NCBI GenBank assembly: GCA_046075745.1
Contig: JBJTQT010000131.1
Span: forward strand, 1-59,333
Direction of reading: 5' to 3'
Origin: Cyanobium sp.
Lineage (GTDB): Bacteria; Cyanobacteriota; Cyanobacteriia; PCC-6307; Cyanobiaceae
Length of the DNA: 59,333 nt
Every line of letters starts with the position of its first letter. The first letter of the stretch is position 1. Positions 19,303 to 27,171 of the stretch are shown here, in pieces. Both the position numbers and the translations under genes were made by a program. Under the pieces are notes generated by a model. It was given only the letters and a program-made list of their open reading frames with translations, was not told the origin of the DNA and did not search any database.

Positions 19303-19617
19303 ATGTCCATGTTGCTCTCCCCCACCCTTTTCCCCTCGACTCTGCTGAGGTCACCGGTCACTCTGGCCCCTTCGGGTTCCCTGCTTCCTGCGGCCCACGC
19401 TGGCGCCCGCTGGCCATCCCCCGGAGCGCGGCGGGTGCGTGCCGCAGCGGTGGGGAGCTCGCCTCAGCGGCGAGTGGGGGATAGCGGTTCAGCCGTCCCT
19501 TTTCTGCTGGCTTCCGTGCTGGTGGCCGTGGCCCTGCTCCTGGCTCCGGAGCGTCCCCATGATCAGGAGGCCATCTGCCACCGCCACAGTGGAGAGGTCG
19601 CCTGCCGGGTCTGGTGA
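19303..19617 (+). CDS. Small single-TM hypothetical protein (104 aa) with a C-terminal C-x8-C-RVW tail
   Basis: MSMLLSP...AVPFLLASVLVAVALLLAPERPHDQEAICHRHSGEVACRVW; the only plausible gene downstream of the promoter. Confidence 0.7.
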   Translation: MSMLLSPTLFPSTLLRSPVTLAPSGSLLPAAHAGARWPSPGARRVRAAAVGSSPQRRVGDSGSAVPFLLASVLVAVALLLAPERPHDQEAICHRHSGEVACRVW

Positions 19618-20003
19618 GGCTGGGCTTTCTCCCCGGCCTGATCCACTTCCCCGCAAGGTCCCAGGCTGCTCCATGCCAGGAGCCGCTGCGCGAGGCGTAG
19701 ATCACCATCGGTCCAGGCTCTCAGAGCCATCGCGCGGCGGGGGTCGTAGAAGACTTGATGGCGATACCAATGAAAAGCCTCGCTATCTCCCTTGCTGCCA
19801 TTGCAGCTCAGGCAGGCTGGCACACAGTTCTCAGTGATGCTCAGGCCGCCATGGCTCAGAGGTCTGACATGGTCGATGGACTGGGAGGGAAGGCCGCAGT
19901 AGAGACAGCGACGACCCGTGAGGTGATGCAGGGAGCGACGCCAGCGGCGAGCGTGGGTTTTGGGGCAGAGATCTTCCAGGAAAACACCATCCCTGGCCAG
20001 CAT
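19563..20003 (-). CDS. HNH endonuclease
   Basis: CLYCG...SIDHVRPLSHGG...NCVPACLSCNGSK, with zinc ligands and catalytic residues intact. Confidence 0.88.
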   Translation of the reverse strand: MLARDGVFLEDLCPKTHARRWRRSLHHLTGRRCLYCGLPSQSIDHVRPLSHGGLSITENCVPACLSCNGSKGDSEAFHWYRHQVFYDPRRAMALRAWTDGDLRLAQRLLAWSSLGPCGEVDQAGEKAQPHQTRQATSPLWRWQMAS

Positions 20004-20109
20004 GCAGATGCCTCGATTGGCGTGAAGTTTGCCCTTGCCATTTCATCTGACAATGTGTCGGTGACTGCTGTTTTTCGGTTTGCTGACCCGTCCGGGCACA
20101 GCTCTGCAG

Positions 20110-21696
20110 ATGCGCCTGGGGGCCTCCGGTCTGATCGAGGTGGTCTCCCCTTTCGATGCGGTCACCTTTGCCCAGCTCGCTTCCATTCGTCCGGCGGGCC
20201 GCTGGATGGCTGCCCGCCACTGCTGGCAGTTTCCTCTTGAAGCGGCTGGTGTGCTGCGGCAGACCCTGCAGGGGCGTTTCCCCCTCACCTCTGAGCTGCA
20301 GCAGTGGTGCGACTGGCTGGATCACCCCCTGCCTCCCCTGCCGGCCCATCGGGAGCTGGTGGCCGCGGCCGCCTTACACCAGCCATTCCAGGATGGTCGC
20401 ACCCTCTTCGCCCACCAGCGGGCCGGAGCCCGCTGGTTGCTCGCTCGTCGAGGGGCCGTGCTTGCGGATGCCATGGGCCTGGGCAAAACCCTCACGGCGC
20501 TGGCTGCTGCCCGGGCGATGGTGCGCCTCGCCGACTGCCGGATTGTGGTGGTGGCTCCGGTTGGCTTGCATCAGCACTGGCGTCAGGAAGCCCTTTCGAT
20601 GGGTCTGTCTCTGGAGTTGCACAGCTGGGCCCGTCTGCCAGGAGAGCTGCCCCCCGCTGGTTGTGTGCTTGTGGCCGATGAGGCCCATTTCGCTCAGAAC
20701 CTGTCTGCCAGAAGGACCCAGGGCTTTCTGAGGCTTGCCCGTCATCCACGGCTGCGGGCAGCCTGGTTGCTCACCGGCACCCCGATGAAGAATGGTCGCC
20801 CGGCCCAGCTCTTCCCCCTGCTGGCGGCCATCGGCCACCCCCTGGCTGCGGATCAGCGGGGCTTCGAAGAGCGCTATTGCCAGGGTCACTGGCGAGAGCA
20901 GCGGGGTTCCCGCCACTGGGAGGCCAGGGGGGCCACCCGGTTGGCTGAGTTGCACCGTCTGGTGCGGCCTCTGGTGCTGCTTCGAACCAAGCAGCAGTGC
21001 CTCGACCTTCCACCTAAGCACCGCCTCACCCATCCCGTGGTTCTGCCGCCGCCCCAGGCCGACACCTTCCAAGAGCTCCTGCAGCAGGCCGTGAGCGACT
21101 ATCGCCGCAGGGCAGATCAGGGGCTGGTGCGCAGTGACGCCGAGACCCTCGCGGTGTTCACCGCCCTGCGTCAGATCGGTTCCCAGGCGAAGGTGGGCCA
21201 GGTGGTGTCCCTGGTGGCCGAGCTCAGCAACCAGGGCGAAGCGGTGGTGGTGTTCACCGCCTTTGTCGGCACGGCTTGGTTCCTTGAGGAAGGCCTCCTG
21301 CGGCTGGGTCAGCGGCCCGTGGTACTCACCGGTGCCGTTCCCCCAGCCAGGCGGCAGACCCTGGTGGATGCTTTCCAGGAGGGGAGCCACCAGGTGCTGA
21401 TCGCCACCTTTGGAACCGGGGGGTTGGGCTTCACCCTCCATCGCGCTCGCCATGTGGTGCTGGTGGAGCGGCCCTGGACCCCAGGTGAGGCTGAACAGGC
21501 CGAGGACCGCTGTCACCGCATTGGCATGGGCGCAAGTCTCACCAGTCATTGGCTGCAGCTTGGTGCGGCGGATCTTCTGGTGGATGAGCTTCTCGCCAGC
21601 AAGTCAGCCCGGATCTCCGAGGTCTTCACCCCAGCCCGTGCCCGCTTCCGTCGGGAATTCCCCCAACGGGTGCGTCATTGGCTCGAGCGTTGCTGA
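20110..21696 (+). CDS. SNF2-family ATPase/helicase with a HARP-like N-terminal domain
   Basis: LADAMGLGKT, DEAH, LLTGTP, CLDLPPK, QAEDRCHRIG; alternative TTG start at 20080. Confidence 0.88.
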   Translation: MRLGASGLIEVVSPFDAVTFAQLASIRPAGRWMAARHCWQFPLEAAGVLRQTLQGRFPLTSELQQWCDWLDHPLPPLPAHRELVAAAALHQPFQDGRTLFAHQRAGARWLLARRGAVLADAMGLGKTLTALAAARAMVRLADCRIVVVAPVGLHQHWRQEALSMGLSLELHSWARLPGELPPAGCVLVADEAHFAQNLSARRTQGFLRLARHPRLRAAWLLTGTPMKNGRPAQLFPLLAAIGHPLAADQRGFEERYCQGHWREQRGSRHWEARGATRLAELHRLVRPLVLLRTKQQCLDLPPKHRLTHPVVLPPPQADTFQELLQQAVSDYRRRADQGLVRSDAETLAVFTALRQIGSQAKVGQVVSLVAELSNQGEAVVVFTAFVGTAWFLEEGLLRLGQRPVVLTGAVPPARRQTLVDAFQEGSHQVLIATFGTGGLGFTLHRARHVVLVERPWTPGEAEQAEDRCHRIGMGASLTSHWLQLGAADLLVDELLASKSARISEVFTPARARFRREFPQRVRHWLERC

Positions 21697-22130
21697 GCCG
21701 GCTCCGGCCGGGGCTGACAGCTGGCCAGTCGAAGCTTCAGGTCCTGCCGCAGGAGGTCATCCACTATCCCCGGCCTGGCTTGCCTGGCAAGCGCAGCGGC
21801 CCGCACGATGTCCCTGCAGGCTGAGCGGTTGTCCTGATTGAGGGTGTGCAGCAGGAAGCGCTCATTCAGGGGGAAGGGGTCGCGGGGGAATGCCGCCACC
21901 ACGGCATCGCAGCGGGCGATGGCGGCCTTGAGCTCCTTCATGTCCAGCCCCCGCAGGCAGTCCTCTCGGCTGAGCTTCGGTTTGGGGAGGGGTTCCTCGG
22001 CGCAGCCCCATAGACCAGCCAGGGCCATCAGGATCAGGGGAACCAGGAGAACTCCCCCGGGTGTTCCCTGCGGCAGCTGGTGTCCCGGTGCGTTGTGTTG
22101 CTTGCTGGGCTCAGTTGCCGTACCGCTCAC
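21675..22130 (-). CDS. Hypothetical lipoprotein-like protein with a TPR-like helical segment
   Basis: Hydrophobic stretch followed by LWGC lipobox-like motif; Cys-containing helical region. Confidence 0.6.
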   Translation of the reverse strand: MSGTATEPSKQHNAPGHQLPQGTPGGVLLVPLILMALAGLWGCAEEPLPKPKLSREDCLRGLDMKELKAAIARCDAVVAAFPRDPFPLNERFLLHTLNQDNRSACRDIVRAAALARQARPGIVDDLLRQDLKLRLASCQPRPEPAQQRSSQ

Positions 22131-22569
22131 TGCGTGTCATGCCACCTTGACCAGCTTGACTGCTGGGCTGCACGGGCAGTGTGGTCGGGCCGTCACTCGG
22201 CGGGGTGGCTGGGGTGTCCGTCACCGTGGACACCCTGGCGCTGTAGAGATCCCCCAGGTAGCGGCCGCAGTTCGGGAAGGTGTTCGGGTTCTGCACCACC
22301 GCTTCCGTGATCATCACGGCGGCGTGGGTGGGGGAGGTCTTGAACATGCTCGCGCTCTGGCGCTTGATCAGGGAATAGGCCGCTGCCCAGCTCACCTCAT
22401 GGCTGTTGCCGTTGCTGCGCATATAGCAGTACACCTGAGCTCCCTTCGCGCCGGGGGATTCCTGCGCCTGGGCGCTGGCTCCGGAGGGGATTCCCGCCCA
22501 CCCCAAGCCGAAGGCCATGGCCAGAAGGGGGGGGCCAAGCCAGAGCGGCCGGAGAAACCTGGAGACCAT
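22111..22569 (-). CDS. Secreted conserved hypothetical protein (DUF6554-like)
   Basis: Signal peptide; GAQVYCYMRSNGNSHEVSWAAAYSLIKRQ...HAAVMITEAVV core. Confidence 0.7.
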   Translation of the reverse strand: MVSRFLRPLWLGPPLLAMAFGLGWAGIPSGASAQAQESPGAKGAQVYCYMRSNGNSHEVSWAAAYSLIKRQSASMFKTSPTHAAVMITEAVVQNPNTFPNCGRYLGDLYSARVSTVTDTPATPPSDGPTTLPVQPSSQAGQGGMTRSERYGN

Positions 22570-22630
22570 GGCGGTGGGAAAAATTGGGACTAAAACTATC
22601 GAGTCCAGGGGATCTGTCCAGGGCGCAGCT

Positions 22631-23158
22631 TCAGCCCCCAGGGGGCAGCCACGGACCTGTTCCCGGGGCCACCAGCCTCACCAAGAGAGGGAGCACCAGG
22701 AGCACCGTGATCAGGCGCAGGGCATGCAGGGCTGCCACGGCGGCGCCCACTCCGAATTCCGCTCCCACCAGGCTCATGCCACTGATGCCCCCCGGCGCAG
22801 CCCCAAGGAGCGCCACCACAGGATCGATCCCCAGGAGGCGGCTGCACCAGAGGCCCACCACCATACCCGTGAGCACGAGCGTCAGGGTGATCAGCAGGGC
22901 AGGGCGCCACAGAAGCCTCAGTTCCTGCACGGTGCCGCTGGTGAGGGTGGTGCCGATCACCGTGCCGATGGCGATTTCCAGAAGGGTGCGGGTTCCTGCG
23001 GGCCATTGGGCGATCTCCACGCGCCCGCTCATGCTCAGAAGCCCTGCACCGAGAAGGGCTCCCGCCAGTGGCGCGGCAGGGATCTCGGTGCGCAGGGCCA
23101 GAAGGCCTGCAGCACAACCCGCACAGGCATAGAGCAGCAACGGCCAGAGGAGAGTCAT
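22631..23158 (-). CDS. AbrB-family (E. coli AbrB / ammonia-monooxygenase-like) membrane protein, single repeat
   Basis: IPAAPLAGALLG, ALLGAAPGGISGMSL, VAALHALRL; several TM helices. Confidence 0.8.
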   Translation of the reverse strand: MTLLWPLLLYACAGCAAGLLALRTEIPAAPLAGALLGAGLLSMSGRVEIAQWPAGTRTLLEIAIGTVIGTTLTSGTVQELRLLWRPALLITLTLVLTGMVVGLWCSRLLGIDPVVALLGAAPGGISGMSLVGAEFGVGAAVAALHALRLITVLLVLPLLVRLVAPGTGPWLPPGG

Positions 23159-23261
23159 GCATTTCAAGGGTGTGCAACGGCAAGTCTGCTGCTGCTGGCC
23201 TGGGCCTGCTTGAGGATCGGCAGGTTGTGTGTTGTCATTCGCCCATGGCTGCTGGCGCTTC

Positions 23262-23612
23262 ATGAACACCGCATCGGTCTCCTTCCGCATCACCAGACAT
23301 GCGGAAGATCTGGCTCACACGATTCACGCCCTGTCCCAGCGCGTGATCCATCTGGAACAACGAATTGCCTTTCTGGAAGACCACCTCTCCACACCCGTCG
23401 AGGAGGACCAGATCTCCTCAGAACAAGAGGCCAGCCTCACCAAGGTGGAGCAACTTCTGCAGGATTGTCGGGAGCTCCTTGCTGTGGATCCCCTTCATGC
23501 TGCTGATCATCAGGAGCAGTTTGCTTGCGAGATGGGCGCACCCTCTCCGCTGATCGGGGAAGGGGAGGAGCAGGGTTTGGCGCCTTTCGGGGAGCTGGAT
23601 GCTGTGGCTTGA
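23262..23612 (+). CDS. Hypothetical coiled-coil protein
   Basis: SFRITRHAEDLAHTIHALSQRVIHLEQRIAFLE heptad pattern; divergent from abrB-like gene. Confidence 0.7.
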   Translation: MNTASVSFRITRHAEDLAHTIHALSQRVIHLEQRIAFLEDHLSTPVEEDQISSEQEASLTKVEQLLQDCRELLAVDPLHAADHQEQFACEMGAPSPLIGEGEEQGLAPFGELDAVA

Positions 23613-23668
23613 GGTGGTACGGGGCTGGACCCACTGGTGCCGGGTGTCACAATGGAAAGAAAGTGACC

Positions 23669-23908
23669 ATGTCTTTCCCTACATCCCATCCAGCCTGCAC
23701 CGCGGCCAATCAGGCCACACGCCCGATCGGGGGCACCCCCACCAGGCCGGTTCAGCCTCACCCACTGCCGATTGAAGGGGAACATCAGCTGGAAAAGCTT
23801 CAGTTTGCCCTGGCCATTGCGCTCACCCGGGGGGATTCTCAGCGCTCCATCCAGCTTCGTGAGGAGATCGCCAGGTTGGGTGAGAATCGTGAAGAGCCCG
23901 GCACCTGA
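23669..23908 (+). CDS. Small hypothetical protein with a UVR-like helical hairpin
   Basis: LEKLQFALAIALTRGDSQRSIQLREEIARLG...EEPGT; CACAAT -10-like hexamer just upstream. Confidence 0.6.
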   Translation: MSFPTSHPACTAANQATRPIGGTPTRPVQPHPLPIEGEHQLEKLQFALAIALTRGDSQRSIQLREEIARLGENREEPGT

Positions 23909-24076
23909 CCCTCTGTTCTGAGCGTCATTTCAATTCGGGGCAGGCAAGGCTGAGGCTGCATTTTTTGTGCGGCCGAGTTAGAATAAAGCAGACCTTAGTC
24001 AAGGATTGTCAGAGGTCGTTCTGCCAATCCACACACATTCGGTCGCCAACATCAATTACCGCGACCACACCGTTCC

Positions 24077-24325
24077 ATGGCCGCTCTCAGTTCAGCGAAA
24101 GCTCCCCACTCCCACCAGTTCGTTCATCCGTCTTCAGCTTCTACGGAATCTGCGGATCGTCATCACCTGTTGCACAGAGCTGAGGATTGCGAGCGTCAGG
24201 CCAGGCAGCACGCTGATTCCGGAGACCTCACCACGGCGGCCCGTCTCATCCTCCAGGGATTGGACTGGGAGAGGAGGGCTGGTGGTCTTGGTCCCCAGGT
24301 GTTGCAGCTGATCAAGCCCCGTTGA
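24077..24325 (+). CDS. Small hypothetical helical protein
   Basis: ...AARLILQGLDWERRAGGLGPQVLQLIKPR; TAGAAT -10 at 23979-23984. Confidence 0.6.
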   Translation: MAALSSAKAPHSHQFVHPSSASTESADRHHLLHRAEDCERQARQHADSGDLTTAARLILQGLDWERRAGGLGPQVLQLIKPR

Positions 24326-24356
24326 CTCCTGGAGGCAGGATCGAGGGGCTGCCGTG

Positions 24357-25064
24357 ATGCCCATGCACCCAGCCCACCGCCACCGCGAGCGCCACAACAC
24401 CCATCGGGTCGGCTGGCTCAGGGCCATGGTGCTCGGTGCGAACGACGGAACCATTTCCGTGGCCAGCCTGGTGGTGGGGATCGCTGCCTCCGGGGCTGCC
24501 AGGCCAGCCATCCTCCTCTCTGGTCTGGCTGCCACGGTGGCCGGTGCCGCATCGATGGCAGCCGGGGAGTTCGTCTCCGTCCAGAGTCAGGCCGATACTG
24601 AGGAAGCGGATCTGGCTCGGGAACGCCAGGAACTGGTGGCCAATCCCTCCGGAGAACTGGACGAACTTACCGGCATCTATATGGAGCGGGGCCTTCCAAG
24701 AGACCTGGCCCGCCTTGTGGCGGAACAGCTCACCCTGCACGACGCCCTGGGAGCCCATGCCCGTGATGAACTGGGAATCACCGAAGCCCTGCGGGCCCGG
24801 CCGATTCAGGCGGCCCTGGCTTCCGCGGGCAGCTTCTGCCTAGGGGCCCTGTTCCCAGTGTTGATGATCCTGCTCTCGCCCCAAGGCCAAATCGCCCAGG
24901 TCACAGCTGGGGTGGCCTTGCTCGTGCTCACCGGCCTTGGTGCCCTGGCCGCCCACGCCGGTGGAGCCCCCATTGCTCGTGGCGCTGGCCGAATGCTCAT
25001 CTGGGGCGCCCTTGCTCTTGGGCTCACCGCGCTGGTGGGCCGCCTGTTTGGTGCGGTGGTGTGA
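24357..25064 (+). CDS. VIT1/CCC1-family Fe2+/Mn2+ transporter
   Basis: WLRAMVLGANDG, SMAAGEFVSVQSQAD, HARDELGI. Confidence 0.92.
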   Translation: MPMHPAHRHRERHNTHRVGWLRAMVLGANDGTISVASLVVGIAASGAARPAILLSGLAATVAGAASMAAGEFVSVQSQADTEEADLARERQELVANPSGELDELTGIYMERGLPRDLARLVAEQLTLHDALGAHARDELGITEALRARPIQAALASAGSFCLGALFPVLMILLSPQGQIAQVTAGVALLVLTGLGALAAHAGGAPIARGAGRMLIWGALALGLTALVGRLFGAVV

Positions 25065-25247
25065 CCAGTCGTCCATGACTAGTCCATGGCCCTGCATTCT
25101 CTGGCAGTAATCGGCCGATCAGCTGTTGCCATGCTTGGTAGACCGGCCTGTGGGCCTCACCTTTCAGCCGCAGTGCACTTCCAGCATGCGATCAAAGCAT
25201 GTGAGGCAAAATGATCGACGGGGTTTTGTTTTTAGCCTTGGGCTGAA

Positions 25248-25319
25248 AGCGGGTGACCGGACTCGAACCGGCGACGTTCAGCTTGGGAAGCTGACATTCT
25301 ACCACTGAATTACACCCGC
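25248..25319 (-). tRNA. tRNA-Gly (anticodon CCC)
   Basis: Reverse complement GCGGGTGTAATTCAGTGGTAGAATGTCAGCTTCCCAAGCTGAACGTCGCCGGTTCGAGTCCGGTCACCCGCT folds as a cloverleaf; no encoded CCA. Confidence 0.96.
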
Positions 25320-25441
25320 AATTGAATAGCTTATCTCTCATGTACCATTCATACTTTAGCCGGTCGGCGCTCGTTCTCTCTCCATCTGCGGGGAAAGGCG
25401 ATGCGTTTACGCGCTACCTACCTTTCCCTTCGCTGTTGCCC

Positions 25442-25888
25442 TCAGGGCTTGGCGGCAGCTGGCTCGGGGCAATCGACCTCGGCGGTTAGGGCCTGGCGGG
25501 CCGTGATCACAGGGGCGGCCTTGGCCTTCAGCAGATTGGCCGCCTGCTCCAGGGTGAGCCCCTTGTTTTGTGCCACCTTCTGCACTTCGCCGCGGAAGGT
25601 TCGCAGCTGGGTTTTGAATGCCTTGAGCCGCAGATTTTCGAGTTGCTCCTGGGAGGCCTCCAGGTTGGTCAGTGCAGTGGCCAGAGCTTGATCGGCTTTC
25701 TTGGCTTCGCCAATCGTGGAGGTGGGTTTTAAAGCACCAACAGCCTCCATCGCTTGACCCACCTCGGCCAGTTGCGTGCAGATCAATTTTTCCGTTTTGG
25801 CTTTCTGTACCGTGAGATTTTGCTGGCAGCCACCCAGGGCAAGGGCTGATAGGGCGGCAAGGGCCAGCAGGGACTGCGAGCGTTGCAT
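25442..25888 (-). CDS. Hypothetical lipoprotein
   Basis: LALGGC lipobox, helical body with two further Cys. Confidence 0.7.
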   Translation of the reverse strand: MQRSQSLLALAALSALALGGCQQNLTVQKAKTEKLICTQLAEVGQAMEAVGALKPTSTIGEAKKADQALATALTNLEASQEQLENLRLKAFKTQLRTFRGEVQKVAQNKGLTLEQAANLLKAKAAPVITARQALTAEVDCPEPAAAKP

Positions 25889-25963
25889 GGGTATTTGGCA
25901 TCCATCAACACCATAGGGAGATGGGGCCTGGCGACCACTCCCTGGCTCGATTGGCTGTGTTGA

Positions 25964-27115
25964 TCAGCCCGCCAATGCCGCTGCCGCAGCCGCCACCCCC
26001 GCCCCGGTGGCCGCCTTCCCAAGCCCCAGGTCCTGCAGGGTGGCCTCGATGGCTGCCACGGCTGTGAGGATGTCGCGGTCGCAGACGAAGCCCAGGTGGC
26101 CGATGCGAAAAACATGGCCCTTGAGGTGGTCCTGGCCGCCGGCCAGCAGGATGTCGAAGCGGTTCTTCACCTCCTTGCGCAGCACCTCCGCGTCGATGCC
26201 CTCCGGAGCCACGGCCGTGATGGCAGGGCTCCCATGCCCTTCGGCCGCGTACAGCGGCAGGCCGATGGCTTTCATGGCGGCGGTGGCAGCCCGTTGATGG
26301 CGGCCATGGCGGGCGAAGATTGCCTTCAGCCCTTCTTGTTCCATCATCCCCAGGGCTGCTTCCAGGGCGAAATAGAGGTTGATGGCAGGGGTGAAGGGGT
26401 TGCTGTCGGCCTTGGCGGATTTCCGGTATTTGCCAAGATCCAGATAGAACTTCGGCAGGTCGGAGCGCTCATAGGCCTCCCAGGCCTTCTCGCTCATGGC
26501 CACGAAGCTCAGGCCCGGCGGCATCATGTAGCCCTTCTGGGAGCCGGAGCCGATCACATCAATGCCCCAGTCGTCCATGGGCACATCCGTGGCCCCCAGG
26601 CTGGTCACGCAGTCGGCAATGGTGAGGGCCGTGCCATGGGCACGCACGTGCTGGGCAATGGTTTTCAGGTCGTTGATCACCCCGGTGGAGGTTTCCGAGT
26701 GGGTGAGGATCACTGCCTTGATGGCTTTCTCGCTATCGGCCTCCAGGGCGGTGCGGAAGGCTTCCGGATCGAGCGGTTGACCCCAGGGCGCCTGGATCAC
26801 CTCCACCGCCAGGCCATAGGCCTTGGCCACCTTCACCCAACGCTCCCCAAACTTGCCGTTGTCGCCGCAGAGCACCCGATCCCCCTTGCTCAGCGTGTTC
26901 ACGATCCCCGCCTCCATGGCGGCGGTGCCGCTGCCGGTGATCACCAGCACATCATGTTTGGTTTGGTGCAACCACTGCAGCTGCTCCGTGGTGCGCTTCA
27001 CGATCTTCTGAAAATCGGCGCTGCGGTGGCCGATGGGATGGCGACCGAGGGCCTGCAGAACGGTTTCCGGCACCGGCGTCGGGCCGGGGATCATCAGGGT
27101 GAGCTTGTCCTGCAT
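25964..27115 (-). CDS. Class V PLP aminotransferase (alanine-glyoxylate/serine-pyruvate type; 'soluble hydrogenase small subunit')
   Basis: MIPGPTPVP, THSETSTG, SGSQKG, FRIGHLG; start ATG 27115. Confidence 0.92.
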   Translation of the reverse strand: MQDKLTLMIPGPTPVPETVLQALGRHPIGHRSADFQKIVKRTTEQLQWLHQTKHDVLVITGSGTAAMEAGIVNTLSKGDRVLCGDNGKFGERWVKVAKAYGLAVEVIQAPWGQPLDPEAFRTALEADSEKAIKAVILTHSETSTGVINDLKTIAQHVRAHGTALTIADCVTSLGATDVPMDDWGIDVIGSGSQKGYMMPPGLSFVAMSEKAWEAYERSDLPKFYLDLGKYRKSAKADSNPFTPAINLYFALEAALGMMEQEGLKAIFARHGRHQRAATAAMKAIGLPLYAAEGHGSPAITAVAPEGIDAEVLRKEVKNRFDILLAGGQDHLKGHVFRIGHLGFVCDRDILTAVAAIEATLQDLGLGKAATGAGVAAAAAALAG

Positions 27116-27171
27116 GGGCGGGGAGGGGTGGGGCGACGGGAGCCGCGAGCAATCGACCAACATAAAAAACG

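Noticed and set aside
23940-23966. Possible intrinsic terminator GCAG...CTGC followed by a T6 tract
   Set aside because: The stem is only about 4 bp with a large loop, too weak to call.
24061-24140. Fragments reminiscent of glutamine (glnA/downstream-peptide) riboswitch or Yfr1 motifs
   Set aside because: The required paired elements are not present in the right order and strand, and the ACUCCUCACAC motif is not matched.
25065-25319. tRNA-Gly as an integration site for the adjacent small-gene cluster
   Set aside because: No integrase and no duplicated tRNA 3' end found; GC of the cluster is near host level.
25342-25354. GTA-N7-TAC upstream of tRNA-Gly
   Set aside because: Spacing is 7 rather than the 8 needed for NtcA, and it does not fit the LexA box.
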